A stretch of 63,741 nt of DNA, counting the filler, from Hausera hauseri (taxonomy: Eukaryota): assembly GCA_046269625.1 (NCBI GenBank). It is 13 parts of 13 records of this genome, joined end to end, with 100 filler letters (N's around TTAATTAATTAA, not from the genome) between each part and the next. Parts side by side here need not be neighbours in the genome. Positions count along the whole stretch, not along the records: positions 44,704 to 49,956 come from JBJURY010298611.1; positions 50,057 to 54,715 come from JBJURY010486242.1; positions 54,816 to 59,068 come from JBJURY010674551.1; positions 59,169 to 63,741 come from JBJURY010522570.1; 9 more parts are not named here. One strand, written 5' to 3'. Of this stretch, positions 49,298-62,290 are shown in pieces (the first letter of the stretch is position 1; each line of letters begins with the position of its first letter). The notes under the pieces were generated by a model, which searched no databases, was not told where the DNA came from, and was given only the letters and a program-made list of their open reading frames with translations. The translations under genes were made by a program, and so were the position numbers.

Positions 49298-49956
49298 TAA
49301 TTTGATTCGCTATCTCGCGCTAAGTTAGTTGGTACTAAATTTCTTACCACATCTTCGATTCGAGTGGTCGGCCTGTTTCCATCTTCGTCATCAAATAACT
49401 TGGACCAATTTATCTCTCTAGGTATTTTCCTAGAAGCTTTTCTGACCAATCCGATGGTCCTATTGAATTCATTTTCTTTAGAGGATTCGTTTTGATTGCC
49501 AAGTACAAAATTACTTTCCTTAATTCTTCCTTAGTATTATCTACCATAATTTTCTCAATTAGAACTTCGTCAAGTAAGTTGCTTTTGTTCATTTTCAACC
49601 GAAATTTCCTCATTATCCTTGCCGCATCATATATTGCCTTTTCTTTTTCATCTAACATCTCGACCCTTGGTCTCGAATAGTTCACTATTTTGATAATGTA
49701 TTTCAGCAACTCGTTTAACTCTTCGCGCTCGCAGTTAATCGCATGCATGGATAGTTGCCTTAGTTCTCGTATCAGGGCTGCACTTTGGTCAATATCATCT
49801 CTTATTTTTCCCGGTCTTACAACTGGTCGTTTTTGTTTCGGCGCAGTCGGTATTGCTTCACTCATCGGTACTAGATTCTTATCGTATTGTTCCTTATCTT
49901 CCTCACTCTGGAGGTAGTCAAAATACATGACAGGGTCTCTGACTCCCATAATGCGT
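49298..49956 (-). CDS. Unknown helical ORF (ORF-X) abutting env; 5' end beyond the contig
   Basis: 179-aa ORF 49410-49949. A shifted frame continues to a TAG immediately before the env ATG (TAGATG). No integrase or CCHC motif. Confidence 0.55.
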
Positions 49957-50056
49957 NNNNNNNNNNNNNNNNNNNNNNNNNNNNNNNNNNNNNNNNNNNN
50001 TTAATTAATTAANNNNNNNNNNNNNNNNNNNNNNNNNNNNNNNNNNNNNNNNNNNN

Positions 50057-53000
50057 TTGTCTAAACAATTTTTTGCGCTAAACCTAATAGTACTCAGTCA
50101 AAACAACAATCAGTTGCAAATCCTGTGAAGAAGAACATTAATCTCTCTTGTCATTCGTGTGGTGAACATTACTTTCGAAAAGACTGCAAATTTCGTGATG
50201 CAAAGTGTTTTCAGTGTGGGATGACAGGTCACCTCAGTAAAGTCTGTATTTAGACTCAGGTTGTTTATTCAGTCGAGTATTGAAACTGACTTCCAGGTTC
50301 TCGGTGTAAATAGTTGTTCACCGGATCGCATCTTTGGAAAGCTCTGGTTCTTTGTGGTCGACATTTTGATTTTATCGTTGATACAGGAAGCCTCGTCAAT
50401 TTTATGAATGCCATAGCTCTCTTAGTTGCTGACCTTGGTCGTAAAGACCTAGTACCTATCGCTACTTCTGCATCAGGCATAACAGGTCATCAACTGTCAG
50501 TTGAGGGTGAAGTTTCAACCAAGGTCTCCTTTTCGGGCGACACTACTGTTGAGTTAGATTTCTTGGTCATAAATGAAGGTCCTTGTATATTGAACCTGAA
50601 ATGTCTTTGTTCTCTGCAAATTAAATGCATTCTGAAAATGGAATTAAAAAAGCCGATACTGACCACAAGACGGCAAAAACTTATTGCTGAATGCTGCACA
50701 GTTGATGGTGGCATGAATATCTCCCCAGTTGAGTTGCTGGTTAAAGCTCCTTCTGCAAAGTTTTGCAAGGCTCCACCATTAGCTTTTGGTGTGCATGATG
50801 CTGTTAAGCAAGAATTGGATAAGCTAGTTGCTTGTGGCGTTTTGGAACGCATAGAGTCAAGTTCGTGGGCCACTCCTATTGTTACAGTAATCAAGTCGAC
50901 TGGCCAAGTTCGAGTTTGCGGAGATTTCTCGGTAACGGTAAACAGGTCATTGAAGTGCTTTTCATCTTCTACTCCGGATGTTGAGGAAATGTTATAAGGC
51001 TTGAATGGCTGCTCCTTCTTCTCTAAAGTTGACATGCAAAACGCTTATTTACAAATTCCATTGGAAGAAAGATCTAAGGAGTACACCACCATCAATACCA
51101 TCTGGGATCTTTTCCGTTATAATTATCTACCATTTGGTTTGAAGGTTGCTGCAGCAATTTTCCAGAAGGCGATTGACAAACTTCTTGAGGGGTTACAAAG
51201 CGTAAAGGCTTATCATGATGACAGCCTTGTCTTCGCTGCCACACAGGATGCTCATAATTCTTATCTTAGTGTTCTGCTAGAACGTCTACTTGAAAAGAAT
51301 GTTCGTGTTCATGCTGATAAGTCTGTATTTTGTGACTCGTCATTACTGTATTTAGGATATTGTGTTGATGATCAGGATATAAGAATTGACCCAGACCAAA
51401 TTCGCTCTCTTGTGTCTGCTCCAGTTCCGCAAACAGCTGCTGAGTTACTTTCTTTTGTTTGTTGTATGCAATACTATAGCAAGTTCATCCCTCATTTTTC
51501 CACCATTGCTAGTCCACTGTTTGAGTTGATTAAAGCCGATAAGTTTGTGTGGAACAAAGTATCAGAAGTTGCGTATGGCAAGCTTCTACAGCTTGTGAAG
51601 GACAAGGTAGTCCTGAAAAGTTTTAGTTTTACTGCCAAGTCACAAGTTGTTGTTAGTGCTTCCGAAGTAGGCGTAAGCGCTGTTCTGGAACAGGAAGGAC
51701 GTCCCGTTGTTTTTATTTCTCGCTTGTTAAGCAAAACTGAGAAATGTTATTCACAGACACAGAAAGAGGCTCTTGCCATTCTCTGCGCATTAAAGCGCTT
51801 GCACAAATTTCTTTTTGGTGTCGCATTTACGATCGTATTGGATCATAATGCATTAGAATACATATTTCATCCTGATGCATCTCTCTCAAAGTGCACGTCA
51901 TTGATGTTACAGTGTTGGGCAATGGAACTTTCAAGCTATCGTTATGACATAGTGCATCGTCCTTGTAAACAAATTCCAAATACTGATTTCTTGTCCCGGT
52001 TTTCAAATTTTGAAAAGACACAAGTGAATGGAGGTGAATTGGTTCTTCTAGACAATCAGCTGCCCACTGACCGAAATCGCTTGATTCTGGAAACACGTCA
52101 TTTTTACGGTTCAGTCCTCCACTGCTTGAAATCCGGATGGGGTCTAAGCGCCAAGAAAAGATTCCTGGTTCTATTTAAGTATCGGGATGAACTTTCTGTA
52201 GATGTGGATGTGGTGCTTCTGTTTCGTGAGCAAGTCGTTATTCCACCAGTATGGCGCAGTGCTATGTTAGAGAATCCACATCAAGGCCATGTTGGCAGAG
52301 ATAAAATGAAATTGCTTGCTCGATTATTGTGTTGGTAGCCCGAGCTTAATGATGACACCAATGTTTACATCAAATCGTGAAACGGCTGCCAAGCCAAACC
52401 GAAGTCGCATTGTTCATGAAAACCTTGGCCAAGCACTTTCGAAGCAGTGAACAGGATTTACGTTGATTATTGTGGCCCCTTCCTCGGGAAATACTACGCA
52501 CTGGTGATCACTGACAGTTTTTCCAAATATCCTGAAGTTTTCCTGACTGTGTCTGATTCTGCCTCATTTTCAAAAATGGATTTGAGAAAATTCTTCTCGC
52601 GTGAAGGCATTCCGCGTGTTCTTGTCAGCGATAATGGTACACATTTTACAGGCAGTAAAATGCAGAACTGGTTAAAAGGTATTGGATGTTGCCAAGTTTT
52701 TGCTCCTCCACGTCATTCCCAGTCAAATGGTCTAGCTGAGAATTTTATTAAGTGACTTAAATCATCTATACACTCTTCAAACCCTCCTACATTCACGGCA
52801 TTATAAGAATGCATCAACAACTACCTATTTCAGTACAGCATCATGTCGCATGCAGCGACGAGGCAACACTCTGCTTTACTCTTCAAGGGGAGAAATTTAC
52901 GCAGCCTGAACCTGGATGCCACTGAAGTCACGTTTTTCCGTGGCAAGGAGAACCGCCTGTGTCAAGGTGTCATTTGTGGCAAAGAGGATACTAGAGTCAT

Positions 53001-53550
53001 CCGCGTGCTTAACCAACAAGACGGTTCTGTGCATCGGCGGCACGTAGATCAAGTCCACGTTCTGCCTCCACGTGGTTCAGCAGCGACACCAGCTGGTTGC
53101 ACAGTTGCCTTAGAGAATGCTGCAATACATCGATTCACAACGGACCCTCCAAGCACTGAGGATCATGCAATGGCTGCTCCTCCGTCACTCTGCACCTCAA
53201 CACTACCGAGAGAGTCATATGCTCTGGCACCGGCGGCAGAAAGTGATCCAGACGCCACGCAGCCTACGACAGCCGACATTGACGCTGCTGACGGAAACCG
53301 TCATAGTAACGGGAAAGAGAAACTACTTGTTGCAAAGAATGCTGCTGGGCACCCGCTACGAGATCGGCGCCTTCCTCTGCGTTTTCGTGACTTTTAGAAA
53401 AAAGGAGATATTGGAGCAGCAATAACGTTGTTTAAATACGGAGATTGAAGAGCGTGGTTTGAAAAAGCAAATTAGACGTTCACTTTTTAGTTTATTTTAG
53501 ATAGTTCTTTTCCATTTGTGTTATTTTATACAATAAAGTTTCCTAAGTGT
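50057..53550 (+). mobile_element. Decayed Ty3/gypsy (Mag-like) element, copy 2: gag CCHC, PR, RT, RH, INT, PPT, partial LTR
   Basis: CFQCGMTGHLSKVC, FIVDTGS, AYHDDSLV, YSQTQKEALA, VDYCGP, SDNGTHF; purine tract AAAAAAGGAGA then LTR from 53409. Confidence 0.95.
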
Positions 53551-53777
53551 ACGATACGACCTAGCCGTTATGTTCCTACGTAGTTCCTTTGCAATTTTCT
53601 GCATTATCAATTTCTCCGGCCACATAAAAACGTTTAAATTTGATTACACCTTTTTGTAATCAATCCTAATTTACTTAAACAAATTTCTCCGGTGTAAAAT
53701 GCATCAGAACAGTCTTTTCTTGAAATAATTATCGGCTCAAATGATGTGGCATGTTCGATTATGGATGTAAACCCAGT

Positions 53778-54176
53778 CTAATAACCGCAATTAAAAAGAG
53801 ATTTAGGTCGTTTAACACGACATTCTTTGACGAGCGTTTTGATAAATTCGGATTCTTCATACACATAGTAAACAATATTTGGCAATGTTGTTAACTTTGT
53901 AGAATAAGCTTCCGGGTACTTTTCTAAATCTGAAAGAGTGTGTATCTCCTTCATTTGGTCTACTACAATCGTAAGCAACCACCGAGAAGGCTTTCGGTAC
54001 CAACAGAGCGAATAGTAAGAAAATTGGTAAAATACTTGACCATGAAATATCTTTTTTGGATTGGTTGTTTGTTTTTCATGCAATTTACATATATCTGGAT
54101 GTTCTTTTTCGGGTGAATAATTCGCAAGCAATGGAGGTTCCGTTAACGCATGAAACTGCGTCTTGACAGAGTGCAT
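53778..54176 (-). pseudogene. Unidentified, probably decayed host gene fragment
   Basis: Protein-like 132-aa frame with broken reading frames on both sides; family not recognised. Confidence 0.3.
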
Positions 54177-54815
54177 TAAACTATTTATCTACCCACCGTT
54201 TTCTTTATCCAATCTTCTACATGATTTCGTAAAATTGTAACAACAATTTTTAAATTGTCATCATAATCCTTTTGTGTGGTTTATTCAATGCCATTTTATA
54301 TATCAAATACGCTGAATGATGACTCTCTCTGTATTCAACCTACATTTAAGCATAGACTTAATTATTGCAATTTTTGTGTTTCATCGATGGTCTGTTCGAC
54401 TTCGAAATCAGCAAACTGGTTACAAACTTTCAATATTGCTTCTCTCACGGTTTCAACCAAGCTTTTCTAGATTTCCAATTTGGAGTCTAGAAAAGAAAAT
54501 GAATCGTGTAATATTGCTAATAGCGTTTTCACAAATTGCTCTTTTAAAAATTCGTTACTAAGTGAAATCTCACTGTGCAACAAATGTTTGACTATCTCAT
54601 GGCTCCTTTCTTTGCTTTGACATGAACTAGTTCTTTTTGATAGTCTTCGGCATCAAGAAGTATGTTGAATTATATCCGTTAATATAGTTTGCTGTAATAG
54701 TTGTTTGAACCCTTCNNNNNNNNNNNNNNNNNNNNNNNNNNNNNNNNNNNNNNNNNNNNTTAATTAATTAANNNNNNNNNNNNNNNNNNNNNNNNNNNNN
54801 NNNNNNNNNNNNNNN

Positions 54816-55165
54816 ATCGAAAATCGTACGACGACGACGTTTGTTTATAGTTGATGAGCTCGATGATGTTCTGCGACGTTTTCTCAAGCCACTACCAGCG
54901 AATTGTTTTTTGATTGATTCAACGACTCCCGGTGCAGCGCTTTTTCTTTGTGACAAGGCGTGTTCCTTCAGTGATGGTAAAATCGATTTGTTTTCGTATA
55001 GTACATCCTGTTCTGTTTTTGCTGCCACGGCTCCAATACGCTTCAACACAGGAAATGCTAAACGTGCCAATGTACGCAACCATCCAGAGCTATACAGTTT
55101 ACCAACGAAATACGGCAGTTCATCACCCTGCTGGGGTTTACTCTAAATGGAAACGATTTCAGAAT
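54816..55165 (-). pseudogene. Polinton basic core-like protein
   Basis: QQGDELPYFVG...GWLRTLARLAFPVLKRIG...FAGSGLRKRRR...KRRRRTIFD. Confidence 0.65.
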
Positions 55166-56250
55166 TAGTCACGTTGTTGTTGTTGGATTCGACGGAAATG
55201 AATAGTTAGACTGGTTGTGGTACCGCACGGAAATTCAGTAAGGTAGCCCGCGTCGCATCGGATATTCACTTCAACATTGTTTATAGATGTAGTTGCCACA
55301 GGTAGGTACATTGGACTATTGAGCTTGACAGTGACATTATCGTCATCAGTACACTTGCTGCTTTCCGGATAAATTGCTCGGAGTAGCGGTACACGTACTC
55401 CACCGACCAAAATAGGTTCGGTGACGTTCACGTAAATGTAAATTTGACATAGACCAGTTTTCAGTTTGGGTTTAAGTGTTGCAACATGTGCCGCCGTCTT
55501 CGTATTCGATGCCTCAAACCGCTGTTTTTCAAAACCCAATACCATGGTAAAGATTTGTCCAATGAAATGTCGACAATATCCTTAGCCAGTTCAAATTTAA
55601 TGTACTCACTTGCATCTGACTCGAAAACTTTAAATATCGCCTTGTACTTTTGATTGGAAAAGTGTTGACAGACATGTGCTACAGATTCGCAATAGACATT
55701 GTCTCCAATCGATACATATGACGTTGACATCCTTTCTGTTGTATAGGTAAACTTCACCGTTGTCTGGTAATATACGGGACTTAATCTTGGAGCAACTGCA
55801 TATTCACTTTTAATATCTTTACCTTTGTACTCTGTATTTTTGAATCCCAATTTCTGCGCCATCTTAGAAGACTCAAAGGTAACACTAAATTCAAAATCTG
55901 CCATAAAATGTTAGTTTTGCTCTAAAATATAAACACCGATCTTGCCGTATAAACCGTAATTTGACTAGTAGTGCAAATAGCCGATTCTCCATCTGTTATT
56001 TTATTGTCAGTAAGTGTCAGAGGACAAAAATATATTTTGATTTCAGTAACAGTCTTGTTGTACGTTATTTTCATACTACCTATCAATGTCATCGGTGCGT
56101 AGGGAAAGTTAAACTCCGTCATGCAACCTTCCATTGTCCAGCAGATAAATCCAAAGGATTGTTCCAATCTACAACGTATTCATTGACAGAATTGTTCGGA
56201 CGAGTCGTCGGACAACTGTTGCTCAGCAACACTATGTAAATACTTATATT
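55165..56250 (-). pseudogene. Polinton penton-like protein 2, copy B
   Basis: VLLSNSCPTTRPNNS...; C-term IYIYVNVTEPILVGGVRVPLLRAI...PMYLPV...INNVEVNI...G...F...LTIHFRR. Confidence 0.78.
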
Positions 56251-56283
56251 CAAAATGATGATGATGATTATGCAGTATGTTTA

Positions 56284-57337
56284 TTATCCACGACGTCGAA
56301 AATGTAACGTCAAATGTGTCGTTGACCCGAATAGAAATTTAATGGGTTTCCAAAATTCATCAAGCATATACACGAAAATACTGCACAATATTGCGAGACA
56401 ATAATAAGTACATGGGTCTGAGCATATTAACGCAAACAGTTTCACCCGATGTTTTGTACGTGTCAGAATCCAGTTTAATAGAAGCCAGTAGTTGTTTACG
56501 TTTTTCACCAATGGGTACGGATTCGGTTGAATCCGTTAAAATGTTGATTCTGTGAAATGCTCCATAGATGTGCAGTTTGTATTTGGCAAGAAGAAATTGT
56601 CCAACAATGTTTTGATAGAATTCGCGTTTTGAAAAACCCAGATTCAGAGCCAATAATTTATCAGAGGCAAAATATGTAATATTGTCATATAGTATAATCG
56701 AAATATGACCATGTGCGTTTTTGTCACATGTCTTTACAGCCAGTGTAGCCACTTTCTTGACGTACTCAAACAATTCCTGTTCCGTTTCCATTAATAAATC
56801 GTGTGGTATAATATGCGAACGGAAGACTGATTCTGATTTAGTCCACTTTACTATAATATGGGATTCCGCATTGGTCCAATTTTTCACCAATTATAACATG
56901 GCCACCAAGCCGTAGACATTTTGAGTGTATAATGACTGATTGAAAACGAAAGCCTGAGCATCAGCTATAGAATTAAACTGCATTTCAGTGGGAATTCCAT
57001 ATATTAGTTTCATACGGTAGTTTGAAAAATAAGCATAAACCGAGATATTTTGTCTCGAATAAATGCAGAGTATATCGGTAATTGTGTCGGATTATCCGCA
57101 AACGACTTGAAATAGGGTACGTTTCTTGTCGGGTAAAGTATATACCACTGTTCTGACGTATTGTTACTGGTGAAAATGTAAATGTGAATTCCGTCAAAAC
57201 TACTTCCCAGGCTCCCTGGCCTAAATCGATCGGCTGGTCCAAGTGATGGTAAACTGTTTGGCGGTATTGTCATTGTCGTCATGTTGTGATAATCATCTGT
57301 TACTATCAAGTACCAAGTAAATGCTGCTGCTGCTCAT
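56284..57337 (-). pseudogene. Polinton penton-like protein 1, copy B
   Basis: DQPIDLGQGAWEVVLTEFTF; INILTDSTESVPIG; DEFWKPIKFLFGSTTHLTLHFRR. Confidence 0.72.
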
Positions 57338-58476
57338 TGAATCTGTGATGCAAAAATCCAACTCGGTGAAGTGTATCCGTGCCACTTGAAGAGATGTTGT
57401 TTATTCGAACCTTTGCCACGTGAACGCAGAATTTCCTGAATACGATATACATCGGGTTTCTTGGGCAGTACCTTCTGTTCCTGTTTGTAGAATTTACCGT
57501 GCATTTCCTCACCGTTTTCATCCTCTAAAACATACATGACAGGTGTTTGTTTTGTGTTCATTGCCGAAATGCGGAAAGCCTTGTCTCACCAGTTCTGATT
57601 GAAATTCTTAATGATTGGCGTCGTACTTATTTTCGAAATACGTATGTAAGCACCTATTTTATATTTTGAGCGTTTAATTGCTCGTTGTGTTCGTTTTTGA
57701 TAAAACCATTTGTTCAAATCATCGATTACGTCAACGGAGCACATTCCGTTAATTTCACGGTGTGTCGAGTGATTGTTTGCATGAATACTATCCGGCAGTA
57801 CATCTATCAGGTGTTTGTTGCCTTGCTTCGTAAAGAATTTGTTTAGACGACCGCGCAATGTTCGATTAAATCGTTCAACAAGTGCAGCCTTGTATTGGGA
57901 AAACACCAAGTAGTGGTTTAGGCCGAATTGTTTCAAAACCGCTGCAAATTGGGCATTGTAGAATTCCTTACCCAAATCCGTTTGTTCATGTTTCGGTGGT
58001 TGTTGTTGTTCAATTAATCTGTGAACAGAGTCGGCACGCTCTTTACCGGATTTAGATTTAACAGCAATTGCACGTGCAAAACGACTAAGCACATCAACAT
58101 ATGACAGCACGTAACGATATCCATTGTTAATGCTGGTGTACGGAATCATTTCCATTGGATCCATTTGTCATACATTATCTACACCGGCAGCGCGGTATGT
58201 ACGAGTTGGAAAGCGCCTTCTTATCGGTTTGTTTAGGCTGTATGCTAACTGTTTCCCAAACCAACGTTGGGTTTTTCGTCGAGTCCGTTTGACAGTCTTT
58301 GCCAATTTGTCGACGCCAGTATACCCGACGGGATGACGCGGATTAAACCATACGTCGCTATCGTTTCCGTCGCTGTTGTCGATGATATCGTTTTTCTTAG
58401 CATTACTGAAATTAGAATGAAACTTTAATGAAAGATTCGGTAAACTGGGACAAAATGATGAAAACGATGCACCCAT
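57334..58476 (-). pseudogene. Polinton c-integrase with chromodomain, copy B
   Basis: MGASFS...PRHPVGYTG...VDVLSRFA...QTDLGKEFYN...VERFNRTLR...KWHGYTSPSWI; in-frame stops. Confidence 0.92.
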
Positions 58477-58515
58477 ATTGCAAAATAATTATACACTTAC
58501 CGTCATTTTTTTATA

Positions 58516-58890
58516 CTATGCTGCTGTAGAACCAATGAGTCCTCCCAGTAATGACATGACAATTGGTAGAATTACAGCAAGGAATCCGCCATCTTCCTAG
58601 TGGATGACCTCTCGTTTAAGTCGTTTACTACAAGCGTTGGAAAGGCCAATGAGCCGTTTTCGATACTTTAGTAAATTCCGCTTTCCACTACCTATGTCAA
58701 TGTGACCCACAACGATATTGTATAAAATTTCCATCAAATGGTCTACTACAAATTGTGGGAATAATTGCAGCACGTTTCGCTTACGTCTCGTAGGTGCCTT
58801 GAGCAAAGCAATAAAGTACGGCTGACTACGTTTGAATTGAATTTTTTGACGTATTGATACTAAGACGTGGTTGTTTATAACCGTTGCCAC
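58516..58890 (-). pseudogene. Small basic Polinton GGFL protein, copy B
   Basis: ...KRLKREVIH*EDGGFLAVILPIVMSLLGGLIGSTAA*. Confidence 0.7.
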
Positions 58891-59168
58891 TGAGACGGAA
58901 ATTTGCGTCTAGTTGCTGCTGCTGCTATTGTTCGAATCATAGAATTGATTAATCGCTTGACTGTAGCGGTTCGTTTTGATAAACGTTTCTTGCGGGGCAT
59001 CAGCTTGGTAGGTTTAAGTTTAACAGTTGTTTTTCAGAAATTCTTTATTTTGTCACTATCGTGTCGATNNNNNNNNNNNNNNNNNNNNNNNNNNNNNNNN
59101 NNNNNNNNNNNNTTAATTAATTAANNNNNNNNNNNNNNNNNNNNNNNNNNNNNNNNNNNNNNNNNNNN

Positions 59169-62100
59169 GACGAAAATAATTTTTGAGGTGAATGTTAAGA
59201 AACCGGTGAAAGCGAATTTGAACATCAAAGGCTGCTTCGAAAAACGAAAAGTGAGAACAACGACAAAGCGAATAACGACTACGCGAAGAAGTACGTGGAC
59301 ACCACCGAAGAAATGCTTGTTGAAAAACTTAATGATGAAAGAGACGAAATTGGCTGGTATCAAGGTTTCGCCTAAAGTTAGTAAAGCCGAGAAAGAAAAA
59401 TTGAGACGGAATCCAAAGAAGCCGAAAGACGGTCTGTTATTGAAGAAGGGTAAAACAACAATTGAGGTGACGCTTGGGGATGGAAAGAAACCGAGATTGG
59501 CTAATGAGATAACACATGTTGGAGTGAATTTACCAGAAGAAAAGGGTAGAAATAAAGTGAACAATTACTTTGAATCGGTGAAAGTGACAATTGTAAAATT
59601 GGAAAAAGCAAAGGGTATTAAGCCTAGAAAAGTAAGGAAATTGGTGATAAATGTTCCGGTGAAATCGAGAAATGTGGAAAGCTTGAAGGACGTATTGAAG
59701 AAAGTGAAAAGAGATGTGACGAAAATAATTTTTGAGGTGAATGTTAAGAAACCGGTGAAAGCGAATTTGAACATCAAAGGCTGCTTCGAAAAACAGAAAG
59801 TAGGTGCATCAACTCTTAAGACGTCGTTTCTTTCTTCTGCCGTTACCCATGCAGCTTCGTTTACAAGTCCTGCTTCTTCCACTCGTATTCCGCGAAACTG
59901 CTCTTTGGAAACCCTACTTCGTGATCATTTTGACTATTTGAATTTTTACCTTCTGTTTCGTCTTCAGCGTTGTATATTAAATATGTATAGTCCTGTCTAT
60001 GCTGCAACGCGTCTAGGTTTAATTTTACCCGTTGGTAAATCTTTAATCCGTATTACTTTCCTGCAGTCAAGAACGCCGAAGTTTATTAATCAGATTTCAG
60101 CAGTTGGTCTTCACTTATCACGGACTGACGGTAAGCTGCCTTCTACCAAGTTTTTGTCCTCACTTTCTGTTAGTGTTTTGAAACGTAATCTTTCTTCTTC
60201 TGGTGCCAGTTCATTAGTCTGGAGGAATAATTCGATTCCTCTGAAACGTACCGACGTTGGTCATTTAAACAATATCGTTCAGTATCCGCAATACAATGTC
60301 ATGTTTATAGAATTTAGAATAGACTCAAAGATTCCGTTACACGTTTTTTTTCGTATTCAAGGCTGCTTTAAGCAATCCAGCGTTTCTACAACTCCTATTT
60401 CATTAGTTAAAGATGAAGACTATAAATGTAACAAAGTATATAACTTACTGAAGGATGAAAATCTCACCAAACTTCTTGCGGCTCCAGCGTTAAGCTCGGT
60501 TGATATAAAGAATTTACGCTATGATTTTAAACAACCGTTGAAAGCAACAACATTAAACATGGGAATTAATGAAATTCAAGTAGATTTGTTAAATGACAAG
60601 ACGGTTACAATTCTAGAATTCGGCCTAATATTTATTGAAGAATCGAAATATTTAAAATCCGAAAGCATTGTAAAGGATGTTACGATTATCTTAACAAGAC
60701 TTAGGCAACAGTTTGGAAAATGGCTTCCAATTACACTTGTTCAGAAAGTTTCACCACGTAAAACACTGGGAGATATGAGAAATACTTTACCAATTCAATA
60801 TTCTCGAATATCAAAGGTGAAGATTCAGTTTACGTTAATGAAAAGATCGAAAATCTCCGTTAATTTTAAAGGATGTCAAAATCCTTCATTGCCAACAACC
60901 ACAAGCGTATTAACAACGACACCTTTTGTTGATGTTAAAGATCAGTCATACACATGTGAGAAAATGTATAACTTAATTAAGGATGAGAAATCCACAAACA
61001 TCGTCACTGAACCTTTAATGAACTCTATCGATATTAAGAAACTACGATATGACTCTAAAACCTCTACAATCGGCGCAACTCTCTCCGTTGGAAAACACGC
61101 GATTCAAGTAGATTTGATGAATGGAAAAATGGTTACTGTGAAAGAATTCGGTTTAGTGATTATTGGTTTACCATTACGAACTAAAACAAAAAGCATTTTT
61201 AATAACATTACTGTAATTGCTACTCGATTAAAACAAAAATTCGGAAAGTGGGTTTCACTACCTCTCGTTCAAGAACTAAAGGATTTGAAAACAGTAGAGA
61301 TGCTAAGAAACGTGTTGCCTAATTCATTAACACAGATAAATGAAGTCAAAATTCAATTTACTTTATTGAAAATGTCAAAGATCTCAATTAACTTTAAAGG
61401 ATGTCAAACACCGGCATTGGCAACCACAACATCTGCAGCTGCATTAACGACAACACCGTTCGTAGTTGTTGAAAATCAATCATACAAATGTGCTAAGGTG
61501 TACAATTTGATTCAAGACGAAAAATCGACCAATATCATTACTGTACCTTCGATGAACCCTGTCGATATAAAGAAATTACGATTCGACCCGAAAAGTCCTC
61601 GTATGGGTGCAAGTCTGGCTGACGGAAATTACATTATAGAAATATATTTACCGAATGGAAAAATGGTCAACGTTCAAGAATTTGGTTTAGTATTCATTGG
61701 ATTGTCTTTAAGTTCGAATTCAAATCAAGTTATTTTTAATGTCAATGTAATACTTACGAGACTGAAGCAAGTCTTCGGTAAATTGACAGATAGAACATTT
61801 TATTTTGATGTATCACAATCGGTTACGTTAAATGATTTCAAAACCTTTATCAACTCAATTATCCCAGATTACAAAATTAAAAATTCAATTTACAGTAATT
61901 TCCGTTAATTTCAAAGGATGTCAGACACCATCGCAAAAAATGTCCACTGTTAATGTTAAAGATCAATCGTACACATGTACGAAAGTATACAATCTGATGA
62001 AAGATAAAAATTCACGAATATTCTAACCGTACCGATAATGAATTCGGTCGACATTAAGAAGCTTAGGTTCGATTCCAGGAAGCCTGCAAAGGCTCAAACA

Positions 62101-62290
62101 ACGTCTTGGATAATGGACCAAACAGCCTTTGTTTGTGAATCTACGAACGCTGCTAACATTTAGGAATCTAGGAAATCTACTACCAATACAATATTCACAA
62201 GTGAATAAAGCGACGATTCAATTTTCTTTGCTCAAACGATTGAAGATGGCCGTTATTTTCAAAAGTTGCAAAATGCCTGATATTTCCAAA
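59169..62290 (+). CDS. Large intronless repetitive basic protein (~185-195 aa Cys-bracketed domains with Thr-rich linkers); 5' end missing, 3' repeats frameshifted
   Basis: 906-aa ORF; units start at a Cys (YxCxKxYNL in the later ones) and end I/FxGC; 59169-59245 recurs exactly at 59718-59794; broken repeats continue in 61832-62026 and 62129-62290. Confidence 0.8.

Larger units (their letters stand above)
54816..59068 (-). mobile_element. Polinton/Maverick gene cassette, copy B, decayed
   Basis: Order: end of an upstream ORF (PSQWQRL*), GGFL protein, integrase, penton-like 1, penton-like 2, basic GSG core-like protein. Confidence 0.88.

Noticed and set aside
4753-59168. Regularly spaced TTAATTAATTAA as a biological repeat or CRISPR-like array
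   Set aside because: Always embedded in N44 flanks; a synthetic six-frame stop linker. ORFs containing X runs are artefacts.
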